A stretch of DNA of 63,915 nucleotides, filler included, from Thermoplasmatota archaeon (GTDB lineage: Archaea; Thermoplasmatota; E2; JACPAO01; JAHFTW01): assembly GCA_041623215.1 (NCBI GenBank). It is 4 parts of 4 records of this genome, joined end to end, with 100 filler letters (N's around TTAATTAATTAA, not from the genome) between each part and the next. Parts side by side here need not be neighbours in the genome. Positions count along the whole stretch, not along the records: positions 17,904 to 35,222 come from JBFJXH010000030.1; positions 35,323 to 52,073 come from JBFJXH010000031.1; 2 more parts are not named here. One strand, given 5' to 3'. The translations under genes were made by a program, and so were the position numbers. This document shows, piece after piece, positions 30,990 through 40,644 of the stretch. Numbering within the stretch: the first letter of the stretch is position 1; each line of letters begins with the position of its first letter. The notes under the pieces were generated by a model. The model ran no database searches. It saw nothing but the letters and a program-made list of their open reading frames with translations, and was not told the origin of the DNA.

Positions 30990-31781
30990 GTGGCCCCGCA
31001 GCAACCGCGCATCATTCAGATTCCTTTCAGCCATTACTGCCACAAGGTGACCTGGGCCATGGACGCCGCCGGGGAGCCCTACGAGACGCTTGACGTGTCC
31101 CTGCCCAAGATGCTTCGCAGCCGCTCCTTTAACCCGGCGGAAGGCACGGTGCCGGTGCTGCATACCGTCGATGATGACTTGCTGTTTGGCAGCGCCGTCA
31201 TCCTCGATTGGCTCAACCAGCGGCGCCCAGAGGCCGGCTTGTTTCCACTCGCGCATGACGGGATAATTCGAGAATGGCAAGCGTGGGCCGACGAAGTCAT
31301 TGGCCCCGTTGCACGCCGGGAGGCCTACCGCGTGGCCCACAATCAGCCACTGCAATTTGGCGCCGGACTCTTCGTCCGGTTGGCCCTCGTGGCATACAAG
31401 AAAGTCACCTTGGGCGTGCTGAAGCTGGAGAAGGCCAGGCGGTTCGAGGAGGCTGACACGCAGGCCGTGCGGAACATTTGCGCCCGCATTTCCGAGGCCC
31501 TTGCGGCCAAGGGGACGGGCTTCCTCGTGACAGATCATCCCACGGCCGCCGACTATGCAGTGGCGGCGCTGTTTGCGCCGCTTCGCTTTGCCGCCCGTGC
31601 CCACCACTACGAAGAGGTGCCTGGCTGGGCGGATTCCATGGCGTTTGTGAAACGCGTCCGGCCCGCGAAGCGGGCTCGGGTGGCCCGGCGCTCCATTCGG
31701 GAGTCCGACTTTGCTGCTTATGAGGCGCTAAACGAGCGGCTTGGCAACGCGGCCGGAGCCACGAAAATGGTTGCTGCGTAG
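30990..31781 (+). CDS. Glutathione S-transferase-like protein
   Basis: PFSHYCHKVTWAM, TVPVL, GSAVILDWL, PTAADYAVAAL. Confidence 0.75.
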   Translation: MAPQQPRIIQIPFSHYCHKVTWAMDAAGEPYETLDVSLPKMLRSRSFNPAEGTVPVLHTVDDDLLFGSAVILDWLNQRRPEAGLFPLAHDGIIREWQAWADEVIGPVARREAYRVAHNQPLQFGAGLFVRLALVAYKKVTLGVLKLEKARRFEEADTQAVRNICARISEALAAKGTGFLVTDHPTAADYAVAALFAPLRFAARAHHYEEVPGWADSMAFVKRVRPAKRARVARRSIRESDFAAYEALNERLGNAAGATKMVAA

Positions 31782-31877
31782 CCAGGCATACGGGCCGTGC
31801 GTGGGTTACGCAGCCGCGAACAAAGGGAGGAGAAGGGGTAAAGGTAGCCGACCGACGAAGCGCCGGCGGAAATCAGC

Positions 31878-32933
31878 CTAGGCGGTGACCAATTGGTCCG
31901 ACTCGTTGGAGGTGATGCCGAGGCAGCAGGTTTCCAACAGTAGGCGGGCGATGACGTAGGGGTCGCCGTTGGCGCTGGGGCGGCGGTCTTCGAGGTAGCC
32001 GTAGCCTTGCTGGGCGGTTGCCAGCGGGATGCGGATGCTGCTGCCGCGGTCACTGACGCCGTAGCTGAACTTCTCGATGCTCTGCGTTTCGTGCAGGCCG
32101 GTGAGGCGTTCTTGGTTGTGGGCGCCGTAGTTGCGGATGTGGGTCTCATGACGCAGGCCCAGTGCTTCGCACGCTTCGTTGATGATGTCCATGCCGCCTT
32201 CGCTGCGCATCGCTTTGGTGCTGAAGTTGGTGTGCATGCCGGCACCGTTCCAGTCGCCTTTGACGGGCTTGGGGTGAACCGTCGCGGTGACGCCGAATTC
32301 TTCGCCGATGCGGTACAGGAGCCAGCGGGCAATCCACACTTGGTCGCTCACTTCAAGGGCTCCAACGGGTCCAACTTGGAATTCCCATTGGCCTGGCATG
32401 ACTTCGGCATTGATGCCGCTGAGGCTGATGCCGGCGGCGATGCACGCTTCCATGTGTGCTTCCACCATGTCGCGGCCGAACACTTCGTCGGCACCGACGC
32501 CACAGTAGTAGGGGCCTTGCGGGGCAGGGAAGCCGTTGTCGGGCCAGCCGAGGGGTTTCATGCCGTCAAACAGCGTGTATTCCTGTTCCATGCCGAACCA
32601 GGGTTCTTCGTGCATGGTCTTGTCAGCAACCTCGCGAAGGAGAGCGCGGGTGTTGCTGGGGTGCGGGGTCACGCCGTCGGCGAGGAACACTTCGGCGACC
32701 ACCAGAATGTGCGGCGGGCCGCGAATGGGGTCGGGGAAGAAGCTGACCGGCTTAAGGTGACAATCGGAGTTGTCGCCGGGCGCTTGATTGGTGCTGCTGC
32801 CATCGAAGCCCCAGTCGGGGAGCTGGTCCACGCTGGTGACTTCTTCGAGGTCGGGTAGGACCTTGGTCTTGGAGCGAAGCTTCTGAGTCGGTCGGTGTCC
32901 ATCCATCCAGATGTATTCTGCGAAAACGGGCAA
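31878..32933 (-). CDS. glnII: Glutamine synthetase type II (eukaryote/GlnII-like)
   Basis: ~350 aa; AEYIWMDG, LRSKT, WGFDGSST, QGPYYCGVG, NAEVMPGQWEFQVG, DWNGAG, RLTGLHET, YLEDRRP; TTG start 32933 preceded by GGAGG. Confidence 0.92.
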   Translation of the reverse strand: MPVFAEYIWMDGHRPTQKLRSKTKVLPDLEEVTSVDQLPDWGFDGSSTNQAPGDNSDCHLKPVSFFPDPIRGPPHILVVAEVFLADGVTPHPSNTRALLREVADKTMHEEPWFGMEQEYTLFDGMKPLGWPDNGFPAPQGPYYCGVGADEVFGRDMVEAHMEACIAAGISLSGINAEVMPGQWEFQVGPVGALEVSDQVWIARWLLYRIGEEFGVTATVHPKPVKGDWNGAGMHTNFSTKAMRSEGGMDIINEACEALGLRHETHIRNYGAHNQERLTGLHETQSIEKFSYGVSDRGSSIRIPLATAQQGYGYLEDRRPSANGDPYVIARLLLETCCLGITSNESDQLVTA

Positions 32934-33038
32934 GGTGAGTGCCTCCAAGTTGGCTGACTCAGAACCCCCTCATAAAGATTCATGTGCATCGTTTTCCAGT
33001 CGTTCCAGGGGAAACAAAGGGTTGCTGGGGGGCCCGAT

Positions 33039-33054
33039 TGGTTCAAATGAACCA
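33039..33054. promoter_or_regulatory. Perfect palindrome TGGTTCA-AA-TGAACCA in the glnII/Lrp divergent intergenic region
   Basis: 7-bp inverted repeat with 2-nt spacer seen directly; operator role is inferred. Confidence 0.5.
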
Positions 33055-33062
33055 CTTTCGTA

Positions 33063-33575
33063 GTGCTTTGCGTGACAATTGGAACAAGCGTTGCGACCAA
33101 AGAGGCGGATGCTCCGTCCCGCAGCATTGACGACACCGACCGAATCCTCCTGTCGGCCCTCCGGAGTGACGGCCGCGCGAGCCACCGCGAATTGGCATCT
33201 CGGACCGGCTTGAGCCTCGCCACCGTCAACCGGCGCGTGCGTTCGCTGGAGGCGGATGGCGTCATTCGCGGCTATGGTGCGTTCGTGGACCCGGAGGCCG
33301 TAGGCTGGGGACTAACGGTGATTGTTGGGCTGCGCATCGAAAAGGGTCACCTACGTGAAGTCCAAGAGGCCATTGCCCGCGATGCACGCGTCTTTGCGGT
33401 GTATGACGTGACGGGCGAATGGGATGGCGTCGTCATGGCCCGTTGCAAGGATCGCCGCGACTTAGATGAACTTGCCAAAACTACCCTGTCGGCCAAGCAC
33501 GTCCAGCGCACGCAGACCATGGTGGTCCTCAAGACGGTGCATGAAAACGACCTCGTCCAAGTCCCCGCGTTCTAG
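33063..33575 (+). CDS. Lrp/AsnC-family regulator
   Basis: IDDTDRILL...DGRASHRELA HTH, RRVRSLEADGVIRGY, YDVTGEWD RAM domain. Confidence 0.92.
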   Translation: MLCVTIGTSVATKEADAPSRSIDDTDRILLSALRSDGRASHRELASRTGLSLATVNRRVRSLEADGVIRGYGAFVDPEAVGWGLTVIVGLRIEKGHLREVQEAIARDARVFAVYDVTGEWDGVVMARCKDRRDLDELAKTTLSAKHVQRTQTMVVLKTVHENDLVQVPAF

Positions 33576-33671
33576 GGCACACGGCTCCTCGGGGCCCATC
33601 GGTTGCGTCGAAACCGCGGTTCAATATGCTTTCAAATAGGCTTAGCGTGGGTGTCTTGAGGCCCAGCCCCT

Positions 33672-34718
33672 TTGGACGTCACCGCACTCCTCTCTTGGCA
33701 ACTTCCCGCTCTCGTCGCGCTCTTGGCCCTATCCGGCTTTTTTTCCATGTCGGAGACCGCGTTTACGAGCACCGACCCCTTGCAGGTCCGGGGCCGGGCA
33801 GAGGGCGGCGATTGGCGCGCCAAGCGTCTCCTTCGGCTGTTGGAGCACCCGGAAAAAATTCTCACAACCGTCCTAGTGGGCAACAACATCGTCAACATCG
33901 GTGCCAGTGTCCTGTCCGGCATCGTGGCCGCAGAAATGCTCGGCCCCGCGGCAGGTCCCGCAGTCGCCGTGATTGTCATGACGTTCTTTGTCCTAGTATT
34001 CAGTGAAATTACTCCCAAGACGCTGGCGGTACGACACGCACAACCCATTGCGCTGGCCATCACGCCCATCATGGCTGTTGTTCAACTCATCCTAGCTCCC
34101 TTTGTCGCCATCTTCGCCTGGGCAGCCCGGGTCCTGCTGGCCGCCTTCGGCGTAAAAGGAGCAAACGATAACCCGTTCATCGTGACCCAAGCTCACATTG
34201 AGAACATGGTGCGCGTCGGCGCGGCGGAGGGTGAAGTGGAGCGCTTCGAGGAGAAAGTCATCACCGAAGTATTCGACTTCACGGAAACCCAGGTTCACCG
34301 CGTCATGACGCCCGCCGACAAAATCCAGTACCTCGACAAGTCCGCGCGTCTGCATGACGCGCTAAACATGTCCGCCGCGAGCGGCCACAGCCGCATTCCC
34401 ATCATTGACGGCGACCTCGACCACGTACTGGGCTTCGTCCACGCCAAGGACTTGTTGCGCTTCGATGACGAGGCGCTGCGGACCGAGCCAGTGACGGACG
34501 CCTTGCGGGCGGTGCTAATCACGCCTGATGACACCTCGCCAGACAAGGTGCTGGCCCGCATGCAGCGCGAGCGCAAGCTCATGGCGATTGTGCAAGACGA
34601 CGAAGGCCGAACAGTGGGAATAGCCACCGTTGAGGACCTGCTGGAAGAGCTAGTCGGTGAGATTCACGACGAATTCGACGACGCGGCCGGCAGGGGCATG
34701 GCTGGCCGCTCGACCTAG
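33672..34718 (+). CDS. CNNM (DUF21)-CBS protein, CorB/TlyC-like
   Basis: SGFFSMSETAF, LVGNNIVN, SEITPKTLA, VMTP, HSRIP, EDLLEELVGEIHDEFD. Confidence 0.9.
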   Translation: MDVTALLSWQLPALVALLALSGFFSMSETAFTSTDPLQVRGRAEGGDWRAKRLLRLLEHPEKILTTVLVGNNIVNIGASVLSGIVAAEMLGPAAGPAVAVIVMTFFVLVFSEITPKTLAVRHAQPIALAITPIMAVVQLILAPFVAIFAWAARVLLAAFGVKGANDNPFIVTQAHIENMVRVGAAEGEVERFEEKVITEVFDFTETQVHRVMTPADKIQYLDKSARLHDALNMSAASGHSRIPIIDGDLDHVLGFVHAKDLLRFDDEALRTEPVTDALRAVLITPDDTSPDKVLARMQRERKLMAIVQDDEGRTVGIATVEDLLEELVGEIHDEFDDAAGRGMAGRST

Positions 34719-34758
34719 GTGCCATGGGGGCACCCTGGCCACGGGCAAGGGCAAGCCA

Positions 34759-35034
34759 TCATGTGCCGTGCTCCGCGTGGCTAGCGTCAGTGGCCGGCCG
34801 CCTGGCTACGCGCGTTGCCTGCCACGCGCCAAATAAGCCGCCCGCCAAGAACACCAAGGGCCACGTAGCGTCAATCGGCGCCCCAAGGACCAAGAGGGCC
34901 AGGATGCCGATGGTGATGGCACCCACGGGCCGGATGGCTTGCACCGGCAAGTCAATGCCCGGCGCGTAGGCAACGATGGCGATACTGGTCCAGCCGACAC
35001 CGGCTGCAATGAGGGCACCCGTCAAGGGATCCAT
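34759..35034 (-). CDS. Small hypothetical membrane protein
   Basis: MDPLTGALIAAGVGW..., three hydrophobic segments. Confidence 0.5.
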   Translation of the reverse strand: MDPLTGALIAAGVGWTSIAIVAYAPGIDLPVQAIRPVGAITIGILALLVLGAPIDATWPLVFLAGGLFGAWQATRVARRPATDASHAEHGT

Positions 35035-35222
35035 GCCCAAGCAACCTCCAATGAGATGCCCGCCGCAATGACCGCGAGGGGTGCAGGAACATGGCCGGGA
35101 CGGGGCAAGCGCACGCCGCCTACTTCTAGGGCTACCAGTCCAAGCACAATGCCGGCGACCTTGGGAAGCACATGGAACGTCATGGCTTGACCAAGCGAAG
35201 CGCCCAGCCACGCGGCAGTGAC
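35022..35222 (-). CDS. 3' end of a hypothetical membrane protein (truncated by linker)
   Basis: Manual translation VTAAWLGASLGQAMTFHVLPKVAGIVLGLVALEV...AWAWIP*. Confidence 0.45.
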   Translation of the reverse strand, partial: VTAAWLGASLGQAMTFHVLPKVAGIVLGLVALEVGGVRLPRPGHVPAPLAVIAAGISLEVAWAWIP

Positions 35223-35322
35223 NNNNNNNNNNNNNNNNNNNNNNNNNNNNNNNNNNNNNNNNNNNNTTAATTAATTAANNNNNNNNNNNNNNNNNNNNNN
35301 NNNNNNNNNNNNNNNNNNNNNN
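35223..35322. other. Artificial contig linker
   Basis: N-run with TTAATTAATTAA. Confidence 0.98.
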
Positions 35323-35628
35323 GCGCGGTATGCCCAGAATTCTAGCTGCCAAAAAATAGGGAATGGCAATTTCGGCGCCGGTTGAGAAGACGGCAATCGG
35401 GCGGCGCCGGCGCAGCAGCCGGAGGGCTCGCGCCGTCTCAAGGATGTAGCGGGCCGGGTTGCGGCCCAGATGCCCAGAGAAATGGACGTCGTTGAGGCGC
35501 TTGGTGCGCGGGGTTGGGTAAGTCACCCAGAAATGGGGTCGGTCGCCAAGCGCTGGCAGGAGCGCTTGCAGCTCGGTCAGGTGCCCGCCGCCGGAGCAAA
35601 TGCAAGCAACGGTGCCGTGGCCGGCCAC
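35323..35628 (-). CDS. Alg14/PssD/Cps14F-like glycosyltransferase subunit (truncated)
   Basis: CICSGGGHLTEL, FWVT, FSTGAEIAIPYF. Confidence 0.82.
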
Positions 35629-35740
35629 GCTTGGGGACGCCAGCGCGGCCAGATAGGGTCTTTGGGACGAATCGCAGTGTACCCGCATCGACTCGGACCG
35701 CGACCAAACTGCAACCACGAGGCCAAGTCGGCCCGGACAG

Positions 35741-36763
35741 GTGGCCCCGCCGCGCGTCGCAGCGTTGGTGCTGAATTGGAACGGCAAGGCGGACACCTTG
35801 CGGTGCCTCGACGCGCTGGCCAAGCAACGTGGCGTGGACCTGCGCGTGCTGGTGCTGGATAACGGGTCAACGGACGGATCCGTGGATGCCCTGGCGTCGC
35901 CCGCGCAAGCCCATGCGTGGCGGCTGGCAAACTGGCGCCTTGACCGTGCCTCCGACGCCGCCACGCCCCCGAGCGACTGGGTGCTCGTACACCACGGTAT
36001 CAACGACCGCTATGCCACTGGCAACAACCACATGCTACGCCTTGCGCGGCGGTGGTGGCCGGAGCATCATCTCTTGGTCCTCAACAATGACGTGGTCCTG
36101 CCAGTGGATGGCGTGGCTCGCCTAGCAAAGGCATTGCTTGAGCCTGGCCCCGGGGCCGAGCTACGCGGGGCCGTGGCACCCACGATTCGAACGCCTGCCG
36201 GCGTGGTGCTTTCGCGCGGCATGCAGGAGTCCTTCCTGCGCGGCGGCCTTCGCAACCGTCATCGTGGCGAGACCGAGGGTGCTCGAGGACGCGTGGAGGT
36301 GTCGTCGTTAGAGGGGGCGTGCCTCTTGGTTCGCCACGAGGTCATGGATTTGGTCGGCGGCTTCGACCCCGGGTATTTCTTGTACTGGGAGGACGCCGAT
36401 TGGTGCCGCCGGTGCCGGGCGCTTGGCTTCACCCTGTGGGTGGTTCAGGACGTGGACGTTGTCCATGGGGTGAGCAGCAGCAGCGGAGGCGGAGGCAACC
36501 CGGCGACGGGCTATTGCATTGCAGCCAACCGATGGCGGTTCCTACGCCTGCACTGGCCGATTGGGAAGCGAGCTGCCTTCACACTCTGGTATGTGCTGGT
36601 TTGGCTGCCCGGCACGCTGGCCGTGCTGCTGGCCCAAGGCCAGGCGCAGTTGGCAGGAGCCACCTTGCGCGGCGCATGGCATGGCCTTCGTCATGGCGGC
36701 GACCCCCGCATCGAAGTTGCGCTACGCCGCCGTCCGATTCATGTCCCCGTCGCCGGAGAGTAA
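35741..36763 (+). CDS. Glycosyltransferase family 2
   Basis: VLNWNG, LDNGSTD, LNND, GACLLV, GGFDPGYFLYWEDADWC. Confidence 0.9.
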   Translation: MAPPRVAALVLNWNGKADTLRCLDALAKQRGVDLRVLVLDNGSTDGSVDALASPAQAHAWRLANWRLDRASDAATPPSDWVLVHHGINDRYATGNNHMLRLARRWWPEHHLLVLNNDVVLPVDGVARLAKALLEPGPGAELRGAVAPTIRTPAGVVLSRGMQESFLRGGLRNRHRGETEGARGRVEVSSLEGACLLVRHEVMDLVGGFDPGYFLYWEDADWCRRCRALGFTLWVVQDVDVVHGVSSSSGGGGNPATGYCIAANRWRFLRLHWPIGKRAAFTLWYVLVWLPGTLAVLLAQGQAQLAGATLRGAWHGLRHGGDPRIEVALRRRPIHVPVAGE

Positions 36764-37855
36764 GCCTGCGTAGAGGTCGGCGAGGCGGTTGGCCACATAG
36801 GTCCAGGTGACCACCTTTTCTTGGTCAGCTAAGTTGACCTTCGTCGGCGTGTCGGCCATGGCTGCGGCTACTTTTGCGCCATCGAGTTCACCCGGGATTC
36901 CGAGACACCCAGTGAGCCTGGCGAACTCGCTCAGGGCGCTCGTGTCTCGAACGATGCAAGGCGTCCCCGTCGCCATCGCTTCGGCAACAACCAAGCCGTA
37001 CGCTTCGGCTTCCGACAGTAGCAACAGTGCGTCGTGCTCCCGATAGTGGCGCTGTAGCTCCTTCGAACTGACTTCGCTAAGCCATGCAATGTGGTCCTCC
37101 AGGCCAAGCTGTGCGGCCTGGGCTTGAAGGTCCTGTGCCGCTGAGCCGCGGCCAACAACCGTCAGCCGGGCGTTATGCCCCTCCCGGCGATAGGAAGCTA
37201 GGCCGGCAAGGACATGTTGGACGCCCTTGTAAGGTTCCAGAAATCCGACGTAGAGAAAGTGGAGGGCGGGGCCCCGGCGTGCCGCCCGGCGACGCGGTTG
37301 AATTCGCTCGACCCCGTTGGGAATCACGGTAATCGATTGCAAGCCTGCATGGCGCTTGGCCAACAAGCGGGCTTCGTAGTCGCTGACGCATACCACGGCG
37401 TGCGCGCGATGCAAGCTCCGGCCCGCGAGGGCATCAAAGATTGGCCAGACGAGGCGTGTTATGCGACCGTGGCCGTGACCATGGTAATGGGTGCTCCAGA
37501 CTACCTTGGCGTGAGGGGCACTCCGTCGGGCAAGTCGCACCATTTGCTGGCCAAACAGGGTGTGGTACCCGTGCACATGGATGATGTCGGCTTGGTCCCA
37601 TGCACCTTGCAGGAGTCGCCATGTGCGGCGGAGTCCACTGACGCGCCCGCCGACTTTGCCGGCCCGGGGGTCCGGGCGGCGAAGCACATGAACGCCGTCG
37701 CCTGTCACCTCGTCGCCTCGTCCCGTCGTATCGCCGAGTACCACAACGGTCACGTCATGGCCCTGGCTTGCAAGGCCCCGCGCGTGCTCGCGCACGACGG
37801 TCACAATCCCACCACGGTCGGGGTCGAAGTGGCTGGTGCAGAGGACCACTTTCAC
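36722..37855 (-). CDS. Glycosyltransferase family 4
   Basis: GGI, DIIHVH, VIPNGV, VGFLEPYKGV, EAYGLVVAEAMATG. Confidence 0.9.
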   Translation of the reverse strand: MKVVLCTSHFDPDRGGIVTVVREHARGLASQGHDVTVVVLGDTTGRGDEVTGDGVHVLRRPDPRAGKVGGRVSGLRRTWRLLQGAWDQADIIHVHGYHTLFGQQMVRLARRSAPHAKVVWSTHYHGHGHGRITRLVWPIFDALAGRSLHRAHAVVCVSDYEARLLAKRHAGLQSITVIPNGVERIQPRRRAARRGPALHFLYVGFLEPYKGVQHVLAGLASYRREGHNARLTVVGRGSAAQDLQAQAAQLGLEDHIAWLSEVSSKELQRHYREHDALLLLSEAEAYGLVVAEAMATGTPCIVRDTSALSEFARLTGCLGIPGELDGAKVAAAMADTPTKVNLADQEKVVTWTYVANRLADLYAGLLSGDGDMNRTAA

Positions 37856-40047
37856 GACGAGGTCCCCAGATTGTCAATGGCAAAGTGAACCTCGCGGTGT
37901 GCCGATTCGAAATACTCGAGGGTCGGCAGCACGGGTGGGGGCTCGCGTGTGAACAATTGGAACGACAGGAACTGCTTGCCCTCGAACGGTGGCGGTCCCG
38001 GAAGCACAAACTCCTCCTCGTATTGGGGGCGAAAGGTCAGGGGAGACTCGTCGCTGGACGGCGGAACCGAAGTCTGCCATTCGTCCACGAGTGCCACCTG
38101 AATCTGGCCCGGGTCGCGACTGGTGGAATAAACCTCCTGGCTCCAAACGGCTCGAATCCAATAGTTTCGCAACTCTCCTTCGTTGTTGGAAATCCCGACC
38201 GTGACGGCCGGGATGATGTCTGGGCAGCGTCGTTCGGTCACGCTCAGGGTAGGGCGGTAAGCCCCGTCGAGCCAGCGGGCCGGATAACAGGCGCCCTCGT
38301 GACTGTCGCCCAGCACGTACAACGTTGTGTTGCTGGTGTCTTTGGGTCCAATGATAATCCAGGCAACAGAGATTACTGCGATGACCGCCAGCACCGTCCA
38401 GGCAACAGTTAGGCCGCGCTCGACCCGGTCCTTACCAAGACTCCACTCGTCAATGCGGAAATGCATGTGCCACCGCTCGTAGGGCGCGAGGCGATACCAG
38501 CGCCAGGACCCGATGGCCGCAAAGAGACCAATCGCTTGCAGGTGCAAGGCCACGAGGCCACCGACCGTCACGCCGGCGGTCCAATGAAGAAGGAAGCCAA
38601 TGGCAACGGTGACAATGGGTGACAGTCCCAAGGCCAACGCTAGCCGAGTCGTGGTGCCGATGCTCGACGCGTGTCGCCGCACCCGGTATTCCATCAGGTC
38701 AACGTCGTCCTCGCCGGCCGCCTCCATAATCTGCGATTCGACTTCACGAAGCGTAACGTCCTCTTCCTGCCGGCGCTCAGGCCACATGGCAAACACGAGC
38801 AAGTAGCCGGGTACCGTTAGGAGGAACAGGTAAGTCGAGAAGGCGCGCCAGAAGCCCGTGCCGAAGCCTACCACGGTGACGTACAGTAGACTGACGAGGA
38901 CCGCCGCAACAATGTCGAGGGGCATCCAATCGAACCGGAGCCGCTCCGCCTGCAACTGCAGAAGCCGGTGGCGCCGCCGGATTCGGCGCAGCCGCTCGAT
39001 GGCTACGCGCTGACGGATTTCAGCGCGTGCCTTGGCTTGTTTCTCTTGCACCTCACGCTGATGCCGCAACTCCTCAATGCGGCGTTGGGCCGCCTGGGCG
39101 CGGGCAGCCATCCGTTCCTCCTCCTCAATGCGGTGCGACTCCTCTCGCTCCAATCGCATTTGGAGGCGGGGAATGCGGTCGTGCTGTTCGAACTCGCGCG
39201 CGGCGTCCAATTGCTCGGCGACCGCCGTTTCGCGGCGCCGTGCCTCCGCCGTGCGCTCCTCAAGGCGAACCGATTCTTGCTCCTCCTTGGATAATTGCCG
39301 ACTGAGCTGGCGCTCAATGCGGCGTAGGGCGCGTGATTCTGCCCGTTGAGCAGCACGCTCGCGTTTCTGCATGCGCGCTTGCAAACGTTGCACTGCTCGG
39401 AGCTCCGTGCGGTGGCGCCGCTTGGTTACGGAGGCGCGAATCTTGCGCAGCCGCTCGACGTCGGGTTTGTCGCCGGCCAGCGCATGCCACCGCCGCTCGA
39501 ACGGCGTTGCATACCAACGCGCGGCGGCTACGGCTGCAAGGACAACAGTCAGGTTGACGGCCACGATGACGGGAATGCGGCCGAAGGGGTCGCCACTGAG
39601 GGCCCAGCCAAGCGCCGCCACGGGTGCGAGAACTAGCAGCGAGGTGGGCACGGCCAAGACGAGACGCAACGGTGTTGGGGGAACGAATCGGTTCTCGACA
39701 TCGGCGCCCAGGTGCTCCGGGCGCTCTTCGTCCTCTCGCTCAGCGCGCTGTTTCTCCTTGTCCTCAAGAATCGCATCAATTTCGTCAACGGCGTCCGCGT
39801 CACTAAGGCCGGCAATGTCTTCGAACGGGTCGAAGGCATGGTCCGCTTCGGGCAGGGGCTCCTCATCGTCGCTGATGCGGCGCCGCGGCCGCCAGGCGAG
39901 TAGGAGGAGGTGGCCGGGGGCAATGAGCAGCAATGGTGCCAGAACCCACGCGGCTTGGTCTGCCACGAACACGAGGGGCGCGAGCACCGCCGTCGCCAGT
40001 AGCAGGAACGCTACGTCCAACGGGTGCCAACTGACCAGGCGCGCCAC
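37852..40047 (-). CDS. Membrane protein with two DUF1616-like modules separated by a charged coiled coil
   Basis: Two APGH/VPGY-LL..WP..(RL) hydrophobic modules, R/E/Q-rich linker, C-terminal TTLYVLG...VGISNNEGELRNY...HREVHF extracellular domain. Confidence 0.7.
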   Translation of the reverse strand: MARLVSWHPLDVAFLLLATAVLAPLVFVADQAAWVLAPLLLIAPGHLLLLAWRPRRRISDDEEPLPEADHAFDPFEDIAGLSDADAVDEIDAILEDKEKQRAEREDEERPEHLGADVENRFVPPTPLRLVLAVPTSLLVLAPVAALGWALSGDPFGRIPVIVAVNLTVVLAAVAAARWYATPFERRWHALAGDKPDVERLRKIRASVTKRRHRTELRAVQRLQARMQKRERAAQRAESRALRRIERQLSRQLSKEEQESVRLEERTAEARRRETAVAEQLDAAREFEQHDRIPRLQMRLEREESHRIEEEERMAARAQAAQRRIEELRHQREVQEKQAKARAEIRQRVAIERLRRIRRRHRLLQLQAERLRFDWMPLDIVAAVLVSLLYVTVVGFGTGFWRAFSTYLFLLTVPGYLLVFAMWPERRQEEDVTLREVESQIMEAAGEDDVDLMEYRVRRHASSIGTTTRLALALGLSPIVTVAIGFLLHWTAGVTVGGLVALHLQAIGLFAAIGSWRWYRLAPYERWHMHFRIDEWSLGKDRVERGLTVAWTVLAVIAVISVAWIIIGPKDTSNTTLYVLGDSHEGACYPARWLDGAYRPTLSVTERRCPDIIPAVTVGISNNEGELRNYWIRAVWSQEVYSTSRDPGQIQVALVDEWQTSVPPSSDESPLTFRPQYEEEFVLPGPPPFEGKQFLSFQLFTREPPPVLPTLEYFESAHREVHFAIDNLGTSS

Positions 40048-40118
40048 ACGTGCAGACTTCTGTTGCGCTTCAAGACGTTGCCGTTACGGGGGCTCCCGCC
40101 GGCAGCATGGCTTCGTGG

Positions 40119-40562
40119 TCACAGCGCTTTCAGCACGCCGTCCACAACGAGGATGAGGAAAATGGCAAGGAGGCTGCTGATGGGCGCCCGGCTGGCAATG
40201 AGGAAGCCCCGCAGACGCACGTTGAGGCTGCGGCGAAGGGGGTTCAGGTCCTCTTGCTCGAGGTACGTGAGTAGGAGTTCTCGAGCCATCATGAATGCGA
40301 TGAGGACGCCGACGGCGATCGCGCTGACCGCGGTGCTCGCCGGGTCCGGATTGATGATGACTTCGTAGCCTTGGCCGGCCGCATCAAATTGACTGGTTAC
40401 CGCGCTGCCAGGCAGCGCGTCGCCGGTGAAGACACCCACAGCTACAGGCTCGGTTGCTTCCCCCACCAAGGGGACGCGACCGGTGCTTACCGCAGCCAAG
40501 CTACCGGTTACGGCCGTCGTCGTGACGGTGGTTGTAACGGTACTTGTGATACTGGTAATCAT
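40119..40562 (-). CDS. Small membrane protein with Thr-rich N-terminus
   Basis: MITSITSTVTTTVTTT... then two TM helices (AIAVGVLIAFMMARELL; PISSLLAIFLILVV). Confidence 0.6.
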   Translation of the reverse strand: MITSITSTVTTTVTTTAVTGSLAAVSTGRVPLVGEATEPVAVGVFTGDALPGSAVTSQFDAAGQGYEVIINPDPASTAVSAIAVGVLIAFMMARELLLTYLEQEDLNPLRRSLNVRLRGFLIASRAPISSLLAIFLILVVDGVLKAL

Positions 40563-40644
40563 CGCTGCTACAAGGGAAAACTGTCGTTCGCCGTATATGC
40601 GTGTTGTGGGACGGCACCGAGTCCAAGGGCGGAGCGTTCGGGCA

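Noticed and set aside
33672..34718. CNNM/DUF21 protein as an OapA-like partner of the large RNA (by analogy with OLE RNA)
   Set aside because: On a different contig, has ordinary CBS domains, and no sequence evidence links it to the RNA
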